Source: Dicyema japonicum (taxonomy: Eukaryota > Animalia > Dicyemida). From it: a stretch of 64,000 nt of DNA. Every line of letters starts with the position of its first letter. Position 1 is the first letter of the stretch. The stretch spans positions 186,001 through 250,000 of the forward strand of contig RDEW01000014.1 of NCBI GenBank assembly GCA_011109175.1, read 5' to 3'. Of this stretch, positions 14,625-26,250 are shown in pieces. The notes beneath the pieces are model-generated. The model was given only the letters and a program-made list of their open reading frames with translations, made no database searches and was not told the DNA's origin. Made by a program: the position numbers and the translations under genes.

Positions 14625-15307
14625 ATTATTCATGAGCAAAATTTGTGCGCAAAGATTTTAAAAATGGAAAATACAATTAGTTTTGCGAAAACGGTAAATA
14701 TATCAGAAATCATGCCCACAACCACCGGCAGTTTAGTAAATGCTGATAGATGTGAATAATCAGTTCAGCGACATTCCTTTCTATACTTGGCTGGTTATCA
14801 ATTCAAAGTTATAAAAGATTTTATTTGTCGAGACCAGAAATAATTCTATTTATGGAAATGAAAGACCAAAACACAGACGAAATGAAAAACAAATGAAAGC
14901 TTACAAAGCTATATATTTGGAGGTTGGAATACCTGCTTTCTTTCATATCTTCCTGGAAAGTTTAAAAACTAAAGTTTGCGACAAAAATCATTGCTATGCT
15001 TGGTTCGACATATGTATGTGAACAGCCTCTTCCATGAAATTGACAAAAACTGCTCAAAAAACTCACTGATGAAAATTTATTTGCTTTAATAAAAGTCGGA
15101 ACTAAACGAATAGCTGAGCCCGACATATCAAAAATTGTATCCAAAAAAGATGTCAAGTAACTCTCACAAAAATTAAAGGGTGGTGATTAAATAATTAAGT
15201 TTCTCTTATTATTATTTTTTCATTATAATAAATATATTCTTAAAAAAATATATCAGAACTTCCCTGGTGAAAAATTATATAAATGCGGAATGAGTTTGAC
15301 ACCCCTG
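14625..15307 (+). mobile_element. hAT (Charlie-like) transposon remnant with right terminal inverted repeat
   Basis: HCIIHEQNLCAK and GSTYVCEQ...LTDENL..PDI motifs; 15292-15307 reverse-complements to CAGGGGTGTCAAACTC and is flanked by ctctagg, resembling the NTCTAGAN target preference. Confidence 0.72.
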
Positions 15308-15520
15308 CTCTAGGGAGTTTTTAAGTACTCTAAAATTCCTTCGATCTGCTGACCGATAAACAAAAAGAGCCGATATGACTTTAATCAAAATAAGATCAGT
15401 GTCTCTATAACCTCGAAAAAAGCAAGGTCACTCAAACGGCGAAAATCTCAATTTGATCGGCAAATCTAATCTCTACCAAATTATGTTAGAATTCATAAAT
15501 AATCAGTTTATTAGTTAAAG

Positions 15521-15953
15521 TTAGATCATTGGCCATTTCCACTGGTTAGGAGGTGACTGTTCTACCAAATCGTCCCAGGCTTCATATTTTATGAAGCTTC
15601 TGGCCAATTCTAACTCTGCATTAGCCTACTATAGAACGAAAAAGTACTTGTTCTATCAATTCCTCTACTTGACCACATCCCAGAGAGTTCTCCAGGTTCA
15701 CAACATCAGCATTCCATGGTTTTGTGACTGCGGCAAGTTTGCTTGTTTATGATTTTCTCGGTGGATTGTTTGTAGTAGGACTCATTGGGAAGTTTCCTGA
15801 GAACTCGTAGTGTGTTTTGATAAGTCTCCTTCAAAACCTAAAATAAACGTTAATTTTAAGACATCGTGAGGATGCTGGGCCACTGCTAAACCGGTAAGCC
15901 CCGTTGTCTTGAACTTAATCATCAATAACAACCTTTTTGATAAATTTTGACAT
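15521..15953 (-). CDS. NDUFA5: Complex I accessory subunit NDUFA5, 4 exons, with an apparent +1 frameshift
   Basis: MSKFIKK|TTGLTGLAVAQHPHD|VLKETY..YYKQSTEKII..KLAAV..LENSLGCGQVEELIEQ|ANAELELAR..NQWKWPMI*; introns of 25, 25 and 22 nt; one extra base near 15742-15748. Confidence 0.88.
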
Positions 15954-16069
15954 AACCACACTAAATGTAGTTTTTCAAATAATAAAATAATTTAAATTAA
16001 TTTGTGTTTTTCGTTTAAAAAGTAAAACCATATTTATTAAAACCCTTGATGATTATTAGGTCATTATTT

Positions 16070-18825
16070 TAACGTCATGTGGTTCGCCGTTTTTGGTGAC
16101 GAAAACTGTGGATTATACATCCCAGAAAAACGAACCACCCACTACGTCCAATCCAAGAGGAATGTCTTCTTGGACGGTCTCCCCACTGGCCTCTTTCTCC
16201 TGTCTTGATGGAAGCCCACCTAATGCTTTCCGGCGATGTAAACCCTAATCCTGGACCCCAAAACTCCTTATTTTGATTCAACTAAACATAAATGGAGTGA
16301 AAGGGAAAATCCTTGCACTCAGAAACCTCTTAAAAAGTATAATACTGACATTTGCCTACTCCAAGAAACAAGACTAACTCCGTCTTCTTCCACTCCGTCC
16401 CAAACTATCACGTCATCAGGCGTGACCGCCCAGCTGGGCGGGGTAGATGCTTACCTTTATCAAAAAAGAAATTCCGTACGCAAACGAAACTTTTGTCAAC
16501 CTCATGTCTCCCGTCGAATATATTGGTATTTCAGTCAAGACAAGTATCGGAAACATAAACATTTTGAATGTGTATGTACCACCGCCTAACTCATGCCCCA
16601 AGGAATTCAGTTTCTCCCTGTCAGACGTCGACAAATCAAAAAATATGTTACTTTGTGGAGACCTAAACGCAAAGCATTCGACATGGTTCAAGAACCAACC
16701 ATGCGATGTCAGAGGAAACCAATTGTTATCGAATCTGGATGACCTGGTAATATAAAACAATCCTATTCAATACAAGGACTCCTCACAGAGCGAATGAGAG
16801 GACATCGTCCCCCGATCTCACTCTTGCCTCGCCAAACATCAACATTAACAAACTGGACAGTGCTATACGAGACCAGCAGTGACCATAATCCCGTTATGAT
16901 TACGTTTGAGGGAAGAGTGTCAATTGTAAAGAAACCTGTTTTATTTACCGACTAAAAAAATGTCGACTGGAAAAGTTCTCAAATTTTGTCGACTATTATC
17001 TACTTGACTTTCATTTATCCAATTTCAACTCCATCGATAAAGCACTACACTTTTAATAGAGTGGTACGCGAGGGAATGAAAATTTGTATAAAAAGAAGGC
17101 CACTGACCTCAAGGAAGATGCATTCTCCCAGAGCCGATCCACTCATAAAAGAAAGAAATTACCTAAAAAGCCTCCAAAAACAATCCTGGGAAACAAGATT
17201 GAGAATTTTTACATTAGAAAGAGAGATCCAAGAGAAAGTTTGGAAAAACCTCATGTCCAATCTAAACAAACAGAACTCCCTTACAAAAATGTGGAAAACA
17301 CTTAGAAGCTTTATTAACGCTGACAATTCGGCCGCACGTGAGAAATGGAAAAAAAGATCTTCCTAAACAAACTTATGAAGTACTACTCTCCACGAGTTAC
17401 ATCCCACACAAGAAATTCGAAGGTCCATCCATCCTAGCCCTCAAACCTAAAAGAGCCACCTCCCCGATTGTCCTCTCTGTGGAGAACGTGCAGAAATGGT
17501 TAAGGTCAAAAGTCGACTTATTCCTGGTCCAGACGGAATCCTCCAATAGTTCTGAAAAACATAGGCCCCTATGCTATCATGGCCTTCACAAAATTTTCAA
17601 CTTTTCAATCGACGAAAATTGTACTCCTTCCATATGGAAGCTATCAAACATACAACCAATTCTGAAACCCGGGCGACCAAAGGGATCATCAGCCTCATGC
17701 AGACCAATATCTCTCCTATGTTTTACATCAAAAATTTTGGAAAAGCTGATTCTTGAACTAATCAAACCATACCTTCCTGATGCACCTTTTCAACACGGAT
17801 TCAGAAAAGGACACTCCACAGAAACGCATCTTACATGCCTTACAAATTTCATCAAGGATGGCCTAAACGCAAACCGCATCAGAAGTCACTGATATGCTCC
17901 ATCGATGTAGAAAAAGCTTTGACACTGTCTCAAGAAAGCTTTTGATAAGGAAGATCTTTACGTCAAAAATCCCAAACAACCGGAAAATCTAGATCGAATT
18001 TCCTAAATGGAAGAAGAGGAAGAGTAACTGCTAGAAAAACTAGTCAGTGACCAAGTTCTTTCCAAATGGGCCCCTCAAGGATCTCACCACACCTGTTCAA
18101 CCTATTCTAAATGATATGCCCTCCTTTACCAGTGACGATACTCTGGTTCTGACATATGCGGATGATATAATCGTCGCAGTCAAAGACCAGTGCGATAATA
18201 CTGCTGTATACCGCCTGCAAGCTTCATTGGACGATCTGAACTGCTGGCTCGTTAAGAACATTTTACATACAAGTCCCGAAAAGTCTTATACAACAATTTT
18301 ACAACAAGCAGAAAATTGACAAACTCCGCTGCATGTGTAACCATAAATGGAAACTAAATCCCCATGACCAACTCGGTCAAGATACTGGGTGTAACATACG
18401 ACCTACTTTTAACCTTCAGCAAACACATCGACAACGTCATCTCCTCGGCACAATAAAATGTCGACTCGCTCTACGTGCAGTATATTCAATCGTCTCTAAC
18501 TTATGAGTGTGCTGCATGGGGAACCAAACTATCAAACGCGAATATGGAAAAAAACAATACCTTCCAAAAAATGGCCAGTAAGGCTTTGCAAAGTTTCTTG
18601 GACACCTCTAAACCCTACACCATTTGAGGAATTAGTGAAAAAACCGGAGCCTTACTACCACCCCAAAAAGTAAGAAACCCACGCCCAATCAGGAAATGCG
18701 TTGAAACCCAGGAGGAACACCGAGCAAAAATGAGATGGCTATTCGAGGCGGCCGGAATCACCTGACGGCTATTAGTTATTTAATTTGTCGGTGATTTTTG
18801 GCTTTTAATAATAATTATTATTATT
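16070..18825 (+). mobile_element. Near-complete, decayed single-ORF APE-RT LINE (family A; Ingi/Vingi-like by inference) with a 2A-like peptide
   Basis: LMLSGDVNPNPGP at 16220-16258; QLNING, LLQET, GDLNAKH, SPDLT, SDHNP (APE); RPISLL, QHGFRK, YADD (RT); 3' stem-loop and (TTA)n tail. Confidence 0.85.
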
Positions 18826-20644
18826 GACAGAGAAATTCGAGAGAATTATATTGGTTCGACCCTGACTGCATGACTAATTCCCTTAAGGACTTTGGGAGAG
18901 ATACACTCAAACGGCCATTGACGCTATCGGAAATCACCGGGCCGAGTCGAGGTTAGAATTCCGACTCATATCGCCCGTTCTCTAGTGTTTTGGATAACAA
19001 AAAATAGAGGTTTTGGGGACTTTCGTGGGCGGGAGTGAACTATGTTTCCTCTCTGCCTATAAGATTATGCCTAATTGGTGGAAAATTAAGGAAAGTTGCA
19101 CTGAGAACACTGTAGAACTGATAGCAAAGAGCATGACACAACCAGAACCTTAAGTATTCATTTTCTATGGGCAACGTGGGAGAGCTTTTAACTAACTAAA
19201 TTTCAGGTTTCGTTAAATGTTAATAAAATTATGGCTTTGGCTTTTGTGGAGTGAAATTTATTTAGCGGAAACTGCTAAAATCACAGTGACCTGGAAATAA
19301 GGGATGAGTAACAGTTTGAATTATGTGGTGTCATGCGGGTAGGGGATTCTTGTAAAATGAATCAAACAACTTTTCCAATATATCCGATTTTTTTGAAAAT
19401 TCTGATAGGTGATCCTCCGTTCTTTCATTTTTTGGCTGGACGAGATCCTACATGCTCCCGGCGATTCCTTTGTTCAGAATACCTGGTTTCCAATCTCTCC
19501 TAAGTCTACAATCTCGTTCATGCTCACGAGATAAACGAAGGCAAAATCGTTCATCTATCGCAAAGCTAAGTAAACATTTCTTGCAACAGGGGTACTCTCA
19601 CCTATCGACCAATTAAACCACGTGGCTGACTGGACTGACTTCATTTATTATTTAATAAACTTTCTTTTCGGCTCAATGGCTTCTGAAATGTGTACTCCAT
19701 AATTGAAAATTAAGGATTCAAATCACTTAGCCAGTTTTATTGATAATAGGGAGAATCGGATATAAAAGACAACAGCCAACACGTTAGTTCCCTTTTTCAT
19801 CATTCTCTCGATATGACCAAACGATTCACCACTAAACCTTCTTCAGAGTTATAGTTTTGAAAAATGACCAATTCCATTAGGAAGTGGAAACTAGAGGTCA
19901 CACCCACTTTAAGGAGACTAAGACATTAAGTTTACCAGAGCTATCTCACGGTGCTCCAGAGTTACCTAACCAGCTACACTATTAATTAACCTCTAGAGTC
20001 CAGACTAATTGATCCTTACGTTATCCTGTGTATTGTGAGCAATAATCTGATTCCAAAATAAAACCTTGAGTTTTAATCGCTGCTGTAGAAATCCGCTACA
20101 AGGTCGACCTCATTCGAAATACTTACCAGGAGGAGGCACTCAATTAAGCCATGTGTGACTGTCAGTGACACGAGCATGGGAGAATGCTTTGACCCAAAGT
20201 AGACCAAGGTAAAATTAGGAGGTCACAAAAGGAGGGGTGACCTAATAACTATGAATAGTAGTGATCTGACTATAAATAATAAGCTTTCTCGATTGAGTCA
20301 CAGTTTCCTTGGGAAAACAATCATTTTTTCTTGAAGTATTAAAAATAAGCGATCTCCCATTTTTCTAAAAAGACATTAAACCCGTGATTTATCTCCAAGG
20401 TTCCTACTCTTAAGAGATCTGGGTTTCTTGCATTTTGATTCTATAAGATGGCCAATAAATTCAAGTACAATAAAATCAGAAATGCGATTGCGGCACGACT
20501 CAGAGACCCTCGCGAATGGAAATAGCTTACACAACGCCTGGGAGTATCCATCGTCTGCAACTCCCCCTGTCGTTGGCAACTGGAGATTTATTCGTTATAG
20601 CCTTGTGTTTTGAATAAAATAAGCATAATTAATGAAATTAGTAG

Positions 20645-21704
20645 TTAAATGAGTATTAGGGGAATTCTCTTTTCGAAGGTAGTGCTTAATATCGAAACCT
20701 CTACTGTTAGGAAATATTCTCCTTTAATGAGAGACACCAACCTGTTGTAAATAATGCATTCCTTGCGCTAGGGATGGTATAAAATCGGGGGAAATAAAAG
20801 TCAAAGGGGATTGGTCGGTTGAGGATTATATTTCCTTTTGCGACAATATTCTGAATTATAACTTCCTCTGATTCTATGAACTGGAAAGGAACCTTTTTCC
20901 TTGATCCTCGGCTGCTTCAACAAAGATTCGATCCTTAGAAGGGATAGAGATATGGAATTCAGTGGATGCCTCATTTTAGTGACCATAAACTAAAATTCAT
21001 TTGAATGCAAACTTCTCCTGTAATTGCTTTGTTGTATGACTGAGTGAGTGTGTCGATCCGTAAATTAATGGCGAATGAAATTGATTTCTAGGAATAAAAC
21101 CGGGTTACCTCGGGCACGTGAGCTTTCATTGACTCTTGGCTAAGAATTGTGCTAAACGGAGCGAGATCAGAATCCTTCAAGAAGGTTTTTGTTGGATTAA
21201 GAAAAATTGGGGTAGAACTTGATAAATAATTTGACAACATTGAACGTTTCACGAACACTTTGAGCTGATACTACTGATAAAGGGACCGATATTTATATTA
21301 TGTGTGAAATCAGTACCTCTATTGAGACTTTAGATCCAAAGTAGCTGCAATACAGAAAATTGTCTGGAGGGGTTGGTTTAAATGGTATAGAAAATTGGTA
21401 CATGTGATCTCCTGGTTTTATTTTCTCCCCTTTGGAGATGACATTAGATATTTTGCAAAAATATCGCTGCATATCAAAATTCTCAAACCATCGAGGAATT
21501 GATGTTATCATCGAATTCAATTTCGCTTTCTTTGTAAAAAATGATTCCAAAAATTTCGACTACGATGCTGCTTATTGACATTGGGGATTCGGCAGTTATT
21601 GAGATCAGTCCAGTAATTGAGTCCTTCCGTTGAAATATTAGGAATACATTTTCTTCGTAAAACTTGCTTTGATTGCAAAATAAAATGGACAATGAATCGG
21701 ACAT
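20645..21704 (-). CDS. VPS26C: Arrestin-fold retriever subunit VPS26C/DSCR3, about 8 exons
   Basis: LYCSYFGSKVSIEYQLKVFVKRSML, AITGEFMV..NSISLSLLRIE and IPFDFYFPRFYTIPS match remembered DSCR3 motifs (LYETYHG..Y.LR..MKRSLL, VFPRLFTCPT); inferred introns 24, 22, 46, 21, 23, 19 and 20 nt. Confidence 0.8.
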
Positions 21705-21859
21705 TCGCCCTATTTAATTATGAATAATTAAGAATTATTTATCATTTTCAATCTAAAATTGTAAATTTAAAAAATATAAATATTATAAATTATTATCAAC
21801 AAAAATAAAATAAATAAAATCATTGAAATTTATTTCCAAAGACCAGTTAAAGACAATAA

Positions 21860-22420
21860 CAAGAAATTATGTGATCCCGGCGAATTTCAATAGGGCTCTC
21901 AGCTTGGTCTGGTTGTCTTCCTTCAATCTAACACATGCACGCAGTGGACCAGTGGTCTTCTGGTATTGCTGAGTTTGGCCTTTTTTTCTTTTTATTAGGT
22001 CTTCCAAGGGGGTAGGTTTAGAATTTAGATCACCTTTGATCTAGTTTTCTATCACGGAAAATGCTCTTTTTAGGTTGCCGCAATTCTCTGGGTATTCGTC
22101 CGAGAAATTGAGGGGCCCCATGATACATATGATATGCATGGCTCGACGTACTGGCTGTATAGTGATTTCAGAACGCGATGATTTCCGATCTTCTATAAAT
22201 CAGAGATCCCCTTCAAGAGGTTGATTTTCTTTTCACATTTGTTTAAAACATTTCCCACGAGGCGCGAGAAAGTCATATGGGTGGCGAATGCTACTCCCGA
22301 GATCTTCTGCAATTTTTGGAATGCCAACTTACTTCCATCTGCTTCTATATCCACTGTCCTGTTAGATATTCTCTTATCAGAGGTAAGGAGAGACGTAACC
22401 GATTTTTCCGGGCTGATCGA
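21860..22420 (-). mobile_element. 3' portion of LINE family A
   Basis: Reverse complement ends ...gccgggatcac, homologous to 42240-42325 and 18715-18762. Confidence 0.6.
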
Positions 22421-22465
22421 CAGACTGTTTTCATTAAATAAATTTCAATTTCAATTACCAACTTA

Positions 22466-24160
22466 TTTGGTGAGGTGGTGACGTGCCTCGTTTCTTCTCT
22501 GTACAACAGTTAAGAAAAATGTCTAAAAAGCAGAAGATACAAGAGAAGATGCTTGCCCTAAAACTTCTTACGTTCAATGCTAGAGGAATATCTAAGCCTC
22601 GGTCAAGAAATACTCTCTGTGATGACCTAAAAAATATAACGTTTCTATTGGCAGTATACAAGAGACGAAAATTACCTAATATCTCGATAAAAACCATGGA
22701 AAAATCGACTAATATGCCTACCCAGTGACTCAAAACACTATGCTCTTGGATTCGCCATTCACAGAAAACTATCATCTGACATCAGTCGCATTTGGCGGGT
22801 GAATGAACAACCAATGTTCCCCTAAAAATACAATAACAATTATAAATGTATATGCACCACACTGTGGAAGAGTGGCAAAAAACCGACCGAAGTGGATGAA
22901 TTCTACTCAGCATTATCAAAGACGAATAATGAATGAGTCGTCCTCACTTGTATTCATTGCAGGCGATCTAAATGCGAAAATTGAAACAAAAAAAACTCAG
23001 AATATACCTTCATAGGAAGACACGGACGTGGGAAAAGAAACTTGTCTGGGACCATACTGGCTATTTCTGCACGGCAAACAAATTGTTCTCGTGCAACACC
23101 AAATTCTCTCATCGTGCATGCCACATAACTACTTGGATGGGCGAACGAAGAAATTTGCCGGAATAACGACAAACGCTCTCTTATAAACGCACGCTCATAC
23201 AAAGGTTCAACAACTGTCAGAGATCACAGAATGGTTATTGTCACCTTCAGCTTGGCAAAACATGGTATCAAACATAAGAAACATAACAACATTACAAACA
23301 ATAATATTGAGAATACAAAAAATGGATACGCAACGGAAAAAAAACTGAGCTCTCGCAGATACAGTCAAAAATTACCAAAAATACATCTGCTCTCATCTGA
23401 AGGACCTAACAGTGAGAATTTCGTAGGATAGCACAAAGAATATAATAAACGAAGCAGCAAGCCAGTATCTCGGCACGCGGGAGATGACTAGTATGGGTTG
23501 GACGATACATACAGAACTAGCAAAGGAGTTAAAAGAAATCCATACAAAAAAACTAAACGAAAAAGACTATAACAAGAGAAAAGCTCTTCAGGGGCAGAGG
23601 GACCAAATCCGTAGAAAAATCAGGAGACTGAACAAAACACTCCACCAAGAAACCAAGAAAAACTGAAATCAATGAAGTAACAAAACTAAAAGATAATTCA
23701 CAAATGTATATGATGCAGTTTGGAGTCACAGATTGAAATGTGCAACACATCAAAGATATTGAAATGCCACCCATATTCTGGGAATAGATCTATCAAAAGC
23801 CTTTGACTCGGTTAACAGGAACAAATTGATGACAGTGCTGGAAGGGTTTCTTGACAAATTGAGTCTAAGAATGATCCAAATCCTTCTATCTAACACAGAG
23901 CTCCTTGTGAGAGTTGGAAAAACCTACTCAAGAAAATTTGAAGCAAACAAAGGCACCCCTCAAGGAGACTCCCTCTCTCCGCTACTAATCACATTATACT
24001 TGGAGGCCGCTATGAGGGAACTGAGACCATTATACCAAAGAAAAATAGAAAAACCTATGGCTAAAACGGAGAGAATAACATAAAACAAAGGATAATGTTA
24101 TACGACACCTTTATCAAACCAATCCTCCTATACAACTCTGGGACCAAAGGCACATCAAAA
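22466..24160 (+). mobile_element. Internally deleted RTE-like LINE copy including its 5' end
   Basis: TFNARG, INVYAPH, GDLNAK (APE); GIDLSKAFDS, GTPQGDSLSPLL (RT); same family as 9390-11750. Confidence 0.8.
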
Positions 24161-24164
24161 GAGA

Positions 24165-24336
24165 AATTGGAGGGGAACATTGGTTGTTCAGACGGATCTG
24201 CATTACACAGATCCTGTCATTCACACGCCAAATGCGACTGATGTCACATGATAGTATTCTGTGATATTCTGCTTTTTAGACATTTTTCTTAACCGTTGTA
24301 CCGACAAGAAACAAAGCACGCCACCACCTCTCCAAA
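24165..24336 (-). mobile_element. Inverted short copy of the RTE-like 5' end
   Basis: Reverse complement matches 22466-22545 and then 22760-22825. Confidence 0.75.
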
Positions 24337-24383
24337 AAATCCGGGGTTAATAAATTAAATTAATTAAATTAAATTAATCAGTC

Positions 24384-24927
24384 TAGTGGTCCTCAAGTTT
24401 TTTGTTGACGCGGACAGGTAACTGTTAGACAATAGGCGTATGACTAATAAAGCATACAAACTGAGATGAAGAAAATTAAAAACTGCACACACATGCAAAC
24501 AAAGTTTTATTGAAGAAAAAAATAGAGTAACGGTTATATAGAAGCTGCCCTGACTGCATGGCTATTCTTTCTCAGGATAGCGAGCGAGATTCGCTCAAAT
24601 AACCATCAGCGCTCACGAGGGTTTCCTGTTCATGTAGCGATCCGCAAACTATATTTTTAACGAAATGAATAATCAAAGTAATCTAATCACTCGATTTGCC
24701 GACGTTCATTACTCGCTTTCGTTATCATGACCCGAGCGATCTTAGAAAAGAGACCGCCTTGAGTCCGAAGACTCTGCTAGTCTCGACGACTAAGGGTTGT
24801 ACGTAGAATCATGTTGAGAGACTGTCATATTATCATATTTTGAAATTCTCGAAAGTTCGAGAAGCCTTTCTAAATTGTATTTCTCCCATATCAATTTGGT
24901 CTACGGACCACAAGTTGAGGACCACTG
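24384..24927. mobile_element. Possible non-autonomous hAT-type MITE
   Basis: Imperfect terminal inverted repeats TAGTGGTCCTCAAG / CAGTGGTCCTCAAC resembling Charlie-type termini; no ORF; TSD not convincing. Confidence 0.4.
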
Positions 24928-25279
24928 CCTTAGTCTACGAAACTTCTCGCATGCAACTATTGATAAACTAAATATTTTCTAGGTAGTGAATTAAAAAAAA
25001 CATAATGTTTCAGATTCTAATTGTGTTTGGTTCTCCTCCTAAAAAGTGTACAATTATTGTACTTAGATAAGAATTGCCTGTTCTGAGACGACTGATTTAT
25101 TTTTTTAGTCTTCAATTACAACAAGGTGATTACTAACGCAAGCTCTTCTAAAGAAGCGATGTGGACACGGAAAATGAGAACTTAAGAGGAAAAACAAATA
25201 TTCTTCGGTCTGTTTTTTGTGTAATCACTTAATTAGTCGATTTTAGCACATTCCTGGCATTCTTGAAGATAACAATAAA

Positions 25280-25790
25280 ATTTACATATTAAAACAGGGG
25301 TCAAAGAGTTTTCTGATTTTCAGAGAGTAAGATATCGACACTCACATGGGAGTGCAATAGAAAAACTTCTCCCTTGAGTTAACACTCCCGAGAGTCATCT
25401 AGAGATTTAAAACCAGTCTCAATTTCTTTAACGAATGAACAATAGCCTATGGCACTGAAATTCTCGGAATGTTAGAAGAACTCATTCCCGTTTTGTCAGA
25501 TCTCGGTCTAACCTTTAACGTGTGGAAATAATCAACATTAACTTTCCTCAGGAGGAATTTAACGTCGTCTTGACTCACCTAAATACTCTCACCACGCTAC
25601 GTTGAACGCAATTGTAAAAAAGTTTCACCTGCCTAATCGAACCCTTTTGACTTGACAGAGGTGATGGGAAAAATGGCAGATGACGTCACCGCAATGCCAC
25701 GGAACAGAGGGAAATGAATTTATACACATACATCTACTAGACTGCAAATCCGTCTAAAATTTTATCGTGTGTGGGATTGAAAGCATATGG
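25280..25790 (+). mobile_element. Heavily decayed CRE-like RT fragment
   Basis: Degenerate GVQ motif and LGLTFN motif; many stops. Confidence 0.3.
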
Positions 25791-26250
25791 AACCTAAGAT
25801 ATTAAGAGAAGGAAATATCAAGAGCTGTTGTAAAAGTTTTTTTTAAACTGGTTTCTGTGGAGATCGCAAGATTGCTTGTTTCAAAAACTAGGAAGTTTAT
25901 GGAAACAATTGGATGACTTGCAGGAACATGGAAGAGTAAACACACAATGACGCAATAGTTCTTCCTAAACAATGACTTCCCCATCATGAAAAGTAAATCT
26001 CAATCTGTTCTGAGCACCAGCGTACACTAACCTGTTAACAACTTAGAATTCGGTAAAAAATTCTAAACAGTAATATTTTACAGAAAACATATGAAAACAT
26101 ATAAAATAAAGTTGATAGTTCGAAAAAAATTTAATCATTTATATTAATTTTAATTTATAATTTATTTTATTTTTCTATAAAAATAATAAATTGTTACGAT
26201 CAATATTTTCAATTATTGTTCGCGGTACTTAGTATCAGATCGTTAATAAG

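Noticed and set aside
20119-20245. U1 snRNA-like start ATACTTACC followed by GC-richer hairpins and a terminal AGGTCAC/GTGACCT stem
   Set aside because: No U1-70K loop (GATCACGAAG), no U1A loop (ATTGCAC) and no canonical Sm site; about one such 9-mer is expected by chance in this much AT-rich sequence. An Infernal search with the U1 model would settle it.
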